Shown here in pieces: positions 47,892 through 59,296 of a stretch of DNA of 64,000 bases (its first letter is position 1; every line of letters starts with the position of its first letter). The position numbers and the translations under genes were made by a program. The notes beneath the pieces were generated by a model. That model made no database searches and was not told the origin of the DNA. It saw only the letters and a program-made list of their open reading frames with translations. This DNA comes from Schizochytrium sp. TIO01 (Eukaryota; Protista; Bigyra: Labyrinthulomycetes), in the NCBI GenBank assembly GCA_004764695.1, contig SMSO01000032.1:3100001-3164000 (forward strand). Reading direction: 5' to 3'.

Positions 47892-49880
47892 CTAGGCAAA
47901 AGACACCTGCGATGGAAGTGCATGGTGTACAGTATCTGTGGTGATGCAATAATAATAAACGTTTCCATGGTCATCCTCTAGCTCCTCCCACTCTTGCTCT
48001 CGCGACACAGTTTCGATGTCTTCTCCATGTTCTCTGTTATCTTGGTGTTGAACTCGCAGTGAGGACGCTGGGTGACTTAAATATGCAATTTGTTCATCGT
48101 CCTCTTCGACATATCCGTCTTCATCAGAGTCTTCTTCTGAGCTTGCATCAACACTGTTGTTTGCTCTGCTCATCTGAAAGCTAGCAACATCATGTTGGAG
48201 ATGCAGGGCAAAATTATCTTCGCGATTCTCGTTTAAGGGTACATTTCGCTTGGCAGGTACAGTGCCTAAGGTAGAGTCCTCGTGCTCTTCATCCTCTTCC
48301 TGGAAATAATCTTCTTCAACATCTGAGCTTTGAGCTATACTAGCTCTTTGGGCATGGTATGCAGCGAGAGTCTCAGCAAGCTTACCCGCGGGCAGTTTAG
48401 ATTCTAGGACTGGGATGGTACACCATTCTGTTCGACGAAAAGGAATTGACCATTGAACAAGGTACTCGACGACTGTTTTTTCACCAATCTCTCCATGTGC
48501 TGATCTATTTCCTATAATACGATCAATTTCCCAGCACTGATGATTCAACATAGGATGGTGGGAGGAGGTCCCATGGTGATGGTGTGCCAAACGAAGCCGG
48601 GCGCTAGGAGACTTTGAGCGCGCATTGCGTCTTCGGCGTATCGCACGGGCAGGCCCACAACGCAGAGGGGACACACTCTCAGCTTCAGAGCCACTTCGAA
48701 ATCCTCCACCTGAAATCCCCCCTTCAAAGCTTTCTCCGATGCTTCTTTGCATGGGTCCAGTCAGCTGACCTCTTATCAGACCAGCGACAAGGGTCGAGCG
48801 GCCAGCACGCTCAGGGTCAAAGATGAGTAAAGAAAGGGCTACTAAAAATTGTGAGACAACACCAAGGGTTCCGGCAGTAGCCATAAGCCCTTTGTCGACA
48901 AGCGTTTTGGCCTCAAATGTGATGGCTATAAGCTTTGCTAGAACAACTAACCAAACACATGAGAAGATCATCCAGGCCACACCCTGAACAAAAGCAAAAA
49001 TCGTGCCTCCACGGCCTGGCATGAAAATGTGGAACTTGTCCTCTCCGTATCTCCATTTGCCACCCACTGCATTGGTAAGTGCCATAGCCACGGCATAGAG
49101 AGATACAAATACCATGAGCAAGAGACCCTGCACAGGGCCATCTGCAATGGCCTCTGATTCGGAGAGAAAGGCAATTCCACAAGCGTATATTGCCATGGAA
49201 GATTGGAGGCCAATATACATCCACCAGAATTTACGGTTGCTCTGCCCGAAAAGCATCTTAAAGTTAAGATGTCCAGTGTCAAAGAGAACAATATCACGAC
49301 GCGAAAAGTGACTCGAATTTTTGTGATCAAACACCATGAGTGAAACAATGACGAGGCTCTCTGCAAGCATGCCTAGCGCTGCCGAAGCCACAAGGAGACC
49401 ACCGAAAGCATCAGTATCTTCGGTGGAGGATTTCAAACGCCCTGCAAGATGAAGCATGCCAATATTCTTCATGGATAGCCATGGGAGAATAAGAGAGAAC
49501 GAAAACATTGTCCAGAGAATAACCTGGAGTAGAACAAACCTAAACCCACCTCGCAAAGGCTGAATCGACTTCCATCCACGTTTCTGATACAGTACATTTC
49601 CTAAATTATATGTAATGAGGACCGTGGCAGCAACAATTATGTTGATGATAGCTGGATAGACAAACCACCCATATCGTTTGAGAGGTGGATGCCGTAGCAC
49701 AGCTAGAACAAGGCGAAGAATACTTGCTGGAATGCACCCTTGTAATTTAAGTTGCAACCAATCTGCAAGACGATCCCCAAAACTCAAGTACACTGCGAGA
49801 AAGAAGCCCCCGGTAGATGCAGCAACGCTAGCAAAGAGGATGAGAGGGAAAAAGAAAGCGATCACAAGCATGCCATCCAT
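47892..49880 (-). CDS. Multi-pass membrane protein with C-terminal chromo-like and WW-like domains, 662 aa
   Basis: ~8-9 hydrophobic helices in aa 1-355 with duplicated P-x-RGG-x2-F-x3-Q-x3-W motif; WEIDRIIGNR...EYLVQW...TEW (chromo); WEELEDDHGNVYYYCITTDTVHHALP (WW). Confidence 0.85.
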   Translation of the reverse strand: MDGMLVIAFFFPLILFASVAASTGGFFLAVYLSFGDRLADWLQLKLQGCIPASILRLVLAVLRHPPLKRYGWFVYPAIINIIVAATVLITYNLGNVLYQKRGWKSIQPLRGGFRFVLLQVILWTMFSFSLILPWLSMKNIGMLHLAGRLKSSTEDTDAFGGLLVASAALGMLAESLVIVSLMVFDHKNSSHFSRRDIVLFDTGHLNFKMLFGQSNRKFWWMYIGLQSSMAIYACGIAFLSESEAIADGPVQGLLLMVFVSLYAVAMALTNAVGGKWRYGEDKFHIFMPGRGGTIFAFVQGVAWMIFSCVWLVVLAKLIAITFEAKTLVDKGLMATAGTLGVVSQFLVALSLLIFDPERAGRSTLVAGLIRGQLTGPMQRSIGESFEGGISGGGFRSGSEAESVSPLRCGPARAIRRRRNARSKSPSARLRLAHHHHGTSSHHPMLNHQCWEIDRIIGNRSAHGEIGEKTVVEYLVQWSIPFRRTEWCTIPVLESKLPAGKLAETLAAYHAQRASIAQSSDVEEDYFQEEDEEHEDSTLGTVPAKRNVPLNENREDNFALHLQHDVASFQMSRANNSVDASSEEDSDEDGYVEEDDEQIAYLSHPASSLRVQHQDNREHGEDIETVSREQEWEELEDDHGNVYYYCITTDTVHHALPSQVSFA

Positions 49881-51804
49881 AGTGACAAGCTACAAAGAAC
49901 AGTGAGAAAGAAGCTTGCACACTACGTCAGAAATGGTTTCTCAGCTTCTCTGTGTTGCAGTGGTTCATAGAATACTTTTGTCAAACGACAAATTACAGCA
50001 ACAAACGGTAGGAACAGGTCTCCAGGTGAGTTTCAAAAGTGTATGAACTAGCAACTTCGCCAAATGAATACTCTCTATAGTCGGCGATGCAGCGACTCTG
50101 TTGTTTCTGTTGCTGACCTGGGGTTCAAGGGGATTTGCCAAAAATGTGTGCGCCTTTTCAAAAAGCGACGCGTAAAGCTAATAGATTGGCTTCCCTCGTG
50201 AGTCGCTTTCCTTGTCCTGAAAGATAGACAAGATACCGCGCAGAATCAGGGGAACCAGCTTCACAAGGTTCCTTTGTGCCGTAAATTCTTTGAACAGATA
50301 CTGCTGATACAGCAACTGCGCCACCCACCAACCCCTCTGTGAGCCCCTTTTCCCAAGCTTGTTCTTTTTCGTCTTTGCGCCTGGTACTCGAACAGGTCTG
50401 CTCAAGGCAACGACGTGCTAGATCAAGCCTCAGTGTTTCGTCGAGATCGCGAAGTTTCAAGCCCTAGGCCAGGAGGGCTCTGGTTATGCAGGCGCGCCAG
50501 GCACGCTCCCAGCAGCCGCGCGGCGCCTTGCGAAAGCAATATGTGCTAGCGCAATGGCTTACTTAAAGAAAAAGAAGCGAGAGTATTTTATTCTAATTTA
50601 AAAAGGCAATATAGCCCCTACATAGCACTTATGTAATAAATGTTTACTATCTAAGCAACTAATACAGCTGATAAGCAAGCAAGCTCATAGTTAGTGCTCC
50701 TACAAGACCTATTACACCTAATACCTACTACCTAGTTAGGTAGGCGGTGACGATTGTCTGAGTTTCTACAATGGATTGACATACGGCAGGTAGGAGTCGC
50801 TTAGGCAAGAGGGATCATTTCTTTCTAATCTAATTCCGTACCTTCTACCAAAGTACTTAGAGGTTAATGCTATCTAGATAGTTACTTGGTAAAACCATTA
50901 GGCACCATAACAGGTGCATAAGTAAAAGTATAAAACCCAACTTCTATGCATATGATTAGAGTCATGCTACCTGGATAATGTATATAATATAGATCGAGGT
51001 AGACCCTGTATATCAGGTGCTACTGGTTTCAACTAGGAACAGTTATGCTAAGTAGACTATCACTACTGAGGCAGCGCCTTAAAAAACAATCATTACTTAT
51101 CAGTATATACCTACCTACTTCCTGACTTGGGTCCAGTCAACATATATGTCAGTAAGAATACCTGCACCTATTTGGTATCAAGTAGTCAACTTTCACGATA
51201 TATGCTGTGCTTTGACATGAGTTTTTATACAAGTAGAAGGATCTTTAGGTAGTAATTTCTACTTGGCTGTATGCTGGCACTTACAAGAGCCATCTTTGAA
51301 GTTGTTTAGGGGTGTATTACATATAGTGGGTATTATGTCGTTGATATCAATTGTATGACTCGGTAATTTTTGACAAAACCGTGGATTAGCATGTCAGTCT
51401 ATGTGGCAACCATACTGAAAGCACACTCTATCAGCACTACGCTGGAGTTCTTTGATTAAATGAAGAATTTTCGAGACAACTCTCATAAATTTCTTCACTT
51501 CAGGACTCGGGAAAACAAACCCTCAATGAAAGAGAACGAAATGATGCATCATATACTAAAGCCTTTGTATCTGTCTATCTGAACTCTCACACTTGTGATA
51601 GTATTTCTTTCATCAAGCCTTTACAACATTAAACATATTGATTTAGGCAGAGACGAAACAATTGTGGCTTCTGAAATAACCTCGTACTCTGGTCAGAAGT
51701 GTATCATTGCCTCCGGTGTGGTTTTCATTATTTTGAATCAAGAATTAATATGAAACCCATTCATAACAGTTTATATTAAACAAGAAATCTTCCCTTCATA
51801 CTGA

Positions 51805-51883
51805 GCTGTGATGACCGAGCGGTTAAGGTGCCACGTTAAGGCCGTGGTCCGAAAGGGCGTGGGTTCGAGTCCCACTCACAGTA
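51805..51883 (+). tRNA. tRNA-Leu (AAG)
   Basis: Acceptor GCTGTGA/TCACAGT, anticodon arm CCACG-TTAAGGC-CGTGG, variable arm with GAAA loop, GGTTCGAGTCC, T-run. Confidence 0.96.
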
Positions 51884-51970
51884 CTTACTTTTTATCCACA
51901 TTGACTTTGTTATACAAATAAATGGTATTAGCATTATTGAGGGTTGTCAAGAAACTTTTCTTTGAATCAA

Positions 51971-52049
51971 GCTGTGATGGCCGAGCGGTTAAGGCGCCAC
52001 GTTCAGGTCGTGGTCCGAAAGGGCGTGGGTTCGAGTCCCACTCACAGTA
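51971..52049 (+). tRNA. tRNA-Leu (CAG)
   Basis: Same body, anticodon loop TT CAG GT; downstream T-run. Confidence 0.96.
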
Positions 52050-52636
52050 CAAAGTCTTTTTTTATTATTTTAGTAACGAAAACTAAAATACACTAATTAA
52101 AAGCACTCTCACTAACCAGAGGCAATGGGTGGCTATTTTCGCCTGAGGTTTTGTTATTAAATTTGGCGCGCACGAGGAAACTTGAAGGCCTTCCCGACGC
52201 ATTTGACTTCTGTTCATCAATATGAATCGGATAAGCTCGAATAAATCTCTGAGAATCGTATAAATAAATAATCTGTTATTTACGATTAGTACGCTAATCA
52301 ATATAAGGAATAGTTTGAGTAGGCTTAGGCCTAAAACTTTTGTTATTCTTCTTCCTAAAGCTCAGTCACAATGTCAGTGGGAAGGAAGTTTTTATTTACT
52401 ATATTTGTTTTAAAATTTACATACGTATGCGTAATAATAAAGGAAAGCGAGGACATTTACATTTTGGACCAGATAGAATCAATACCCCAAATCCTCATTG
52501 AGTATTTGTTTTGGCTTGAGTTTTATTTTACCAAAGTTATTTTTACTCAGTACTGAGAGTGCAGAATTCTATGCTGATGTGAAATAAGCTGTACTAGGCT
52601 TTAGCTGGTTGTTTGGAGGTTTTCTAGCACTGATGC

Positions 52637-52715
52637 GCTGTGATGGCCGAGCGGTTAAGGCGCCACGTTCAGGTCGTGGTCCGAAAGGGCGTGGGTTCGA
52701 GTCCCACTCACAGTA
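52637..52715 (+). tRNA. tRNA-Leu (CAG), identical to 51971-52049
   Basis: Same sequence as the previous copy; downstream T-run. Confidence 0.96.
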
Positions 52716-53546
52716 CTCATCGTATTTTTTTTTTAATTTAAATAATTACATTAAAAAAAATTATTGTCAATCTGGCCGACTACTGACCTCTAACGTACAG
52801 TACAGTTACCTATAAATAGTATCGCTATCTATTTCCATATCTGAAGTTTATTTCAATTGCAACGATGAAGCAACTGACTGGTGAAACTAACCAGATTTCA
52901 ACCCTTGGTTTGATGCGATTTTCGTTGTTTTATTTTGTTTTATCTTAAAATTCACTTTATAATTTTTGTGGATAACCAATAACGGATACATAGTGGCATG
53001 TCACCGATCCAAACTAGGGAGCTGGAAAACCAAGGGAGAGCTTGTGAGTACGTTCCAATACTTCTCCTTCTCATTGAACTTCACACTTTACAATCTCTCC
53101 TTTGAACCAAAATTTTATCCGTTAGTGTACAGTACATGAGAACCACGTGATGTGAAACCATAAAAAGACCAGATCTTGGTACTATTCTTCTCCAATCAAT
53201 CTAGTTTTATCGTCCCAAAGTGCCATACAGGTATCATCCTATAGTCGTGATTACTATGGCGAGAAAAATTCGTTGAGAGGTATCTGACTGGTCGTGAATT
53301 GAAAAGAAGTCTAATTTCTACTGATTTTGTTAGAACGGAGCAGCAGCTCATGAGATACACACATGCACATGTCAACTAAGGATGGTTAGCATACTTTGAC
53401 GGCAATATAGACAAAGGCTTTTAGCCTTAGACTTTATTACCCAAGCCAAGCCTTGGTAGATTTAGGTAACGTAAAGAAACCTACAGAACCTAACCTTAAG
53501 CATCAGCTGATGTGGCTTTAAAGTTAGCCACGCTTTTGACTCCAAG

Positions 53547-54401
53547 ATGATTCTCAATGCATGGATTCGAATTATGGGCCTAGCTGTTGCTCTGAGTATG
53601 GTTGATGATGTCAGTGCTACTGTGTCTAGCGTTAACAAGACTTGGATACGTCGACGTCTAGCAGCAACGCTTATTGTTGTACCTTTGCTTAACTTGATGA
53701 TGTTGATTGTGCTTCTGCTTCTCACACAACTTTGCTCATCTGCTATGAATATTCTTGCGACATGTTATTATCTCAGCAAAGTCCTCATAGGGTATCTTTA
53801 TTGTTTCCGAGCAGATCTTTTGCTCAAAGGTCCATTGTTTTCACACAAATCTAGAATGATTATTACTGTAGTCAGATTTTACCTCCTCATGGTTCTCGTG
53901 ATCAATGTTGGGAAAGCACTCTTCGTGTACAGTAGCATCATGGTTGAAGGACAATGTTTTCCAATATTTGGCAATGCAATGTGGGCTTCACTTGACGAAA
54001 TCATGTTTTCCATTGCAGATTTATGCATATTTCTCATGATGATGTTTTTCTATGTTCAGCACCTGCATAATGTGAATATATCAGCTAGCAGCCGGGAGGC
54101 CCAACATGGATTTCGTCGAATTCTCTTGATAACACTCATGCCCCTTTGTTTCACTTTATTATCTATCATACAAATACAAGCTGACGAGACTTCAGCAAGT
54201 TTCATTGGAGATCTTGACATGCAAGTTCACATGCTATGTCTCTTATTCGCTTATTCTAAAGGTGCAAGACGTCATTCCAGACAAAGTTATCGATCTGCAA
54301 TAAGGTATGGTGGTGACCAATCGGCGTCGTTTAGCAAGAAAAAATCAAGCTCTGCTCCGCCACAGGAAAGTAGCTTGAATAGTCAAACTATTGAAAAGTG
54401 A
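53547..54401 (+). CDS. Multi-pass (6-7 TM, GPCR-like topology) hypothetical membrane protein, 284 aa
   Basis: Regularly spaced hydrophobic helices, Cys in a putative extracellular loop (EGQCFP), basic Ser-rich C-tail. Confidence 0.65.
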   Translation: MILNAWIRIMGLAVALSMVDDVSATVSSVNKTWIRRRLAATLIVVPLLNLMMLIVLLLLTQLCSSAMNILATCYYLSKVLIGYLYCFRADLLLKGPLFSHKSRMIITVVRFYLLMVLVINVGKALFVYSSIMVEGQCFPIFGNAMWASLDEIMFSIADLCIFLMMMFFYVQHLHNVNISASSREAQHGFRRILLITLMPLCFTLLSIIQIQADETSASFIGDLDMQVHMLCLLFAYSKGARRHSRQSYRSAIRYGGDQSASFSKKKSSSAPPQESSLNSQTIEK

Positions 54402-55129
54402 TGGATGGCATATTGCTGAAAAACTTGGACGAAAGTACAATGTGCATGTATGGGATTGTATAGACATTTTTACACTCAAAACAATTTGCTCTTGTTGGAC
54501 TGTAAATATGATTAGGTGATCATATCAAATAACACCGTTATAATCAATGGTACGAATAGATGCTGGGGTACAAATCTAGAGAACTTTAGATACGAATGGT
54601 TCTTTTTAGGAATAGAGATTGAACCACGTTTTTAAAACCTCATAAATAGATCTAACTAAAACTTTGTATTGATCATGGAGAGGAATGACTTTGATAAAAG
54701 CCAATTCTTGGTAAGCTAGAGGTTGACTGGGAAGATGAAGGCAAGATACAGAAGAAGAAGTATGATGAAGACCTAGCAAGATATTGTAGACTTAGGCTTT
54801 GAAAAATTAGCGATCTGCTGAACTTGATAATAAATACCAAGGTGCGCTGATTTATATTGCAATTGGTGTAGATGATATTAAAAGTTTGAAAGTGAAAGAC
54901 CAAGCGAGCTGATAAGAAAGAGAATCTGAACTATCATCAGTATATTGCCTTGGTTCCTAGTAGTGGTCCTTGTATGCGGAACCTCACTATAAAGCCATAT
55001 TTCTCATAAAGCACATATTATAAAACTCGCCCACACAACAGTATTGTGAGGAAAAGGGGGAATTTCGCCTCTAATCCCTGCCTATTTTCTCCTCTTTTTC
55101 TCCCGCACAGCCCTAGGATGGAATTGACA

Positions 55130-55935
55130 GGTTAGGGAGCAGCATGCTTGGGGGAATTTACAAAGTCTACAGAAGTTTGGCATACTGAGTACAACACGGT
55201 TTCCGTGGTTTCTGAAGCGCGCCAATGAAGGTATCTTGTGGATCACCAACAATTTTTCGTGTAAGGATGAAAAATGAAGATCACTCAGAAACACATAATT
55301 TTGTCTAATTTACTATATTCTTAAGTCGCCTACACGCGGTCACCTGGAACACCCCACTGGCAAACTTATTGTTATTGTGAAACACCACTGGTTAGGCCAG
55401 ATCTCTCAGTTGTCAGAAAATGTCACCAAACATGGTGCTTCGGTTCTTGCACGACTGAATAAATTAATTTCTGGAAGCCAAGGCTCTAGCTCTGTACAAA
55501 ACACTACGCCATCCCAGACTAATGGTGCCACTCTGGCCGCAGCTATAAGTGCAAGTGTAAGTGAATCTCAATTTGAAAGGCAAACAGGTTTGAGGTGGAA
55601 AAGAACCTTCCAGATACCACTGCAAAGCCTTACAGATGCACCTGAAGGGGGAAAGGAAGAGGCTTACAAATCTGTAGATGTGTTACTTAATGAGAAAGTA
55701 AGATGCTGGAAAGCAAAGCCGACGCGGGAACTTGGTATTCTACTATGGGCTTGTATAATATCAAGGCCAACTCGGATCAAAGTGTCTTGCTAAATCCCCA
55801 TATATCTCGCTTAAGTAAGTGTCTAGACAAGGCACTATTTTAGATCTTTCTGTCAAGGTACCTGGCACTTCGAGCGGTGCTTTTAAAAACAATTCTCTTT
55901 CACCCAAATCGTGAAGAAGGTGGTTCATCGATGAC
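55130..55935 (+). pseudogene. Truncated, stop-riddled copy of REase-kinase gene (tandem duplicate of 56330-57371)
   Basis: Colinear similarity with 56440-56990 (agtttggcatactgagt..., ttttgtctaattt, agtgcaagtgtaagt); FGILSTTRFPWFLKR with internal stops. Confidence 0.7.
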
Positions 55936-56329
55936 TTCCAAAGTGCAATTGTTGGGTTCATGTACCAAGAACTTCCTACAGAGTCAACACGAACCATTGT
56001 CATTGTGCTTGAAAGTGTTAATAAGGTTTGCAACAGACAAAGCAATGAGAGCAATACGGTTTTGCAAGGAATTTCGACATATGTTATTGGGCCATCCTTT
56101 TCGACTGTCTTTAGGGGCGATACATTTCCTGGGAACGGAATATCGTATGGTTTCCAGCAAAACAACAGAAGATGTAACCGCGCTAAGCTCGCGGACTTAC
56201 CTCATATGGCGCTCTTCTAGAAAGGATTCCAAAATTAATGATATTTTGTTAGAGACGAGCAGAAATCTCCTTCTGATTTCCCGGTGAACTCGTTGCAGCA
56301 GACGGGAGAATGATTCTATGTAGTCAATG

Positions 56330-57371
56330 AGGTGGGTACCTTCACTTCGGTTGAGCAAAACCCTTAGATGAATATTATAGGTGCTGGAAAACCGCGCTTG
56401 AAAATCTACCAGGTTTACAGTTATATGGTTATCCTCAACTTAGAGTTTGGCATACTGAGTTCAACACTTTTTACGTGTTTTCTGAGGCGTGACAAAGAAG
56501 GTACCTTATGGATCATCAATGAATTTTCATGTATGGAAGAAGGAAAGAGATCACCCAGGAACGCATATTTTTGTCTAATTTGCTTTATTCTAAAGTACAC
56601 TACTGAAAATTTTGCTGCTATTGCGAAAGACCTCTGGTCAGAACTGATCTCTCGGTTGTGAAAATATTGCACAAAGCCTGGTGATTCGCACTGAAAAACT
56701 CAACTTCCGGGAGCCAAGGCTCCAGCTTGTTACATAGCACTATGCCATCGCAGACTGATTGTGCCACTCTGACCGCAGGTTCAAGTGCAAGTGTAAGTAG
56801 ATCTCAATCCAGAAAGCAAGCAGGATTGAGGTGGGGAAAAGCTTCAAGATGTCACTTCCGTTGGGACCTTCTTACGAAACCCTTTATTGCTCGAATGACA
56901 CTCAAAGACGGTAAGGGACATGATGCAGTAGTAAAGACACTTTTTTATCCAAACTGCCAGAAAGAAGCTAATTCCATTGAATCTACATTTGTAAACGGAA
57001 AAGAAATATATTGTGAACCTATGCAGGGGCTACAAGGCATTGTGGTGCCTCGATTTATCTTTGGTGGGATTTATTGGAAAATGGAACGCTTCCTTGTAGT
57101 CACCGAATATGCCAGTGTTACGCTCCTTCAACATTCACAGGAAAAAGGGCTTACCACCCGTATACAATGCTGTGTTCATGGAGCCTTAATATCAGTGCAC
57201 AATGCTGGTGTGCTTCACAATGATATTGCTCTAAACAACTTTTTATGGAATGGCGAATCTGTGGCGGTAATTGACTTTGACAGATATCATGTCTGTATTG
57301 GCCTTGAGCAATTCGCCAGAGAAGCTGACGACCTCGAAATGCTGTTGAGTCAGCATGAATCAATTAGTTGA
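56330..57371 (+). pseudogene. Crinkler-type REase-like + Kdo/RIO-like kinase pseudogene
   Basis: QVYSYMVILNLEFGILS...FLRR...LWI resembles the CR-associated REase-fold motif, followed after stops by kinase QGIVVPRF...HNAGVLHNDIALNNFLW...VIDFD. Confidence 0.72.
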
Positions 57372-59296
57372 TTTTTCTTTACCATTTTTCATTGAATTTG
57401 AAGGATTATTTTCTACAATATAAAAAATGAACGAAGCCGAATTTCTGATGTAAATATTAGAGTGCATTGAGAGAGATTAAGTGCTTATCAAAGATTGGCC
57501 TGTAGTAGAGCGTAAAGAGAAACGAACTGAAGAAAGCGATTGAGCAATGAAAAGGAAACGTATGGTATTCTATATAAATCATGGGCATAGTTTGAAACAT
57601 TGAGATCGGTTTGGGCTGTAGACATTCTTTCGCCTAGATGCAGGTTAAGCGGTTTGCTTGAATACATACTTGGCTAGTTTTCTTCATTTATTCTCGTAAA
57701 TCATACATAAGACATAAGATAGAATATACAACTATCGAAAACTTATTGCAGACAATCACTATCAAGGAGTTCTACAATTTTAGAAGAGCCATTGGGATGA
57801 GACTACCTATTCATAACATCCATTTGGTAATCACGAAGTTTACACAACCACATTTTTGCTATCTACGACAGTAGCTGTTCTCAAGAGACTACCTTACCTA
57901 TCATTACACATTCGGTCATAAATAAAATGGAAGCTTCGATTGACTCTCATATGTCGTTAGATAGTTGATTTATTTCCTCAGAGATAAATTTGATTGTTAG
58001 GTACCTAGTTCTACGGCCATCTAGCCCGAGGTCTTAGTTGTGCTATTGAGTGATTTTTGGAGTATTTTATCTGCAATAGTCCTAACTAGGTAGGTAGGCA
58101 CTAGGTACTACAGGAAACTTGAAAGAGAGAGGAACAATGACTTATTGTTTTGGCTTGGGGTTCAACCCAAGCTGGAAGAAGTTAACTCGTTATAGCAAGA
58201 GTGAGGGCGTTAGAAAGAAGGCTAGTGCATGGAGAACCAAATGCGCGACCGAATAACTATTTCTGATGGGATAGTTGTGTGGCCTCTCAGTCACTTGATT
58301 TGTGAGAAAAAGTGGGTTCCCAAATTTGACTCTTGAATTAACTTCATATTGCTAATAGACACAGGATCCGGATGAATAGCCATGTTTATAGAGTCATAGA
58401 CAAGGAAGGTTGTCTGGCTTTGGCTGGGGCGCTCGAGATAAATCAAACATTTACGACACCAAAGAATTTGCATACTAACATGATATGAGAGCACCTACTT
58501 GGAGCTACCCAAGCAAACTATAATCCAATTATGTAGATGTTGAGAGATCCATGCTTTTGATTGCATCAGCCTGAGCCGGGTAACTTTAGATTAACACAGA
58601 GTATTAACTACATATATGCGTAATGAATAAATGAGTTCCCATATTTACGGTTGCGGGAGCAGAGATGCGAACACTCCGTTGTCTTGATAATTGCAGAATG
58701 CAGCCAAAATGTTTACATAATGTTGCATCTCGTCTTTTATGGGAATAGTTGTACTTGAATCTGTCCGCTGTTGGTCGAAAAGAAGGCGGGTGCAGAGGCG
58801 GATATCATGAAACGTGGTAATGATTGCTTAGAGGTGATTAAGGAAATGCTGGAGTAGTTGGGTTTAATTTGTATTGAATCTAGGGTTGAATAGCTTGTGG
58901 TCTCGTTGAGTCGGTTTGACTCAGTTCAGGTTGATTCAGATCTACTGTCCGATATGCTTCGCAAACTCCTCTCGACGCTACCTTGTTCCCTTCGTTTCCT
59001 AATATGCGTGTGTAACACGTAAGGCATCATGCCAGTGGTGTCATAAATATCAGGAATCGTGCCAGTGGCATCACAAACGAGTTCCTTTAAGCCTTGCAAA
59101 GTTATCCCGTATTGTTGTATCTGTTTTACTTCTCAGTACTGATATAATAGACTTTATCTACTAAATCCAAACAATTCCTCTGGGAGGCAATATGTACTTT
59201 CCAATTAGATTTATTTGAAATAGCCGCTGCATACTGAATATGTTTTGATAGACATGCTAGTGAGCTCGGGCCCCTTCAAAATGTAGATTTTGGAGT

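Noticed and set aside
50158-50460. ORFs upstream of the chromo/WW membrane gene as extra coding exons
   Set aside because: The plausible splice (50117 to 49890) brings in a frame closed by TAG at 50178-50180; probably 5' UTR.
58640-58700. SHLC as a His-Cys box homing endonuclease motif
   Set aside because: The following CxNPxH motif is absent and there is no sustained ORF.
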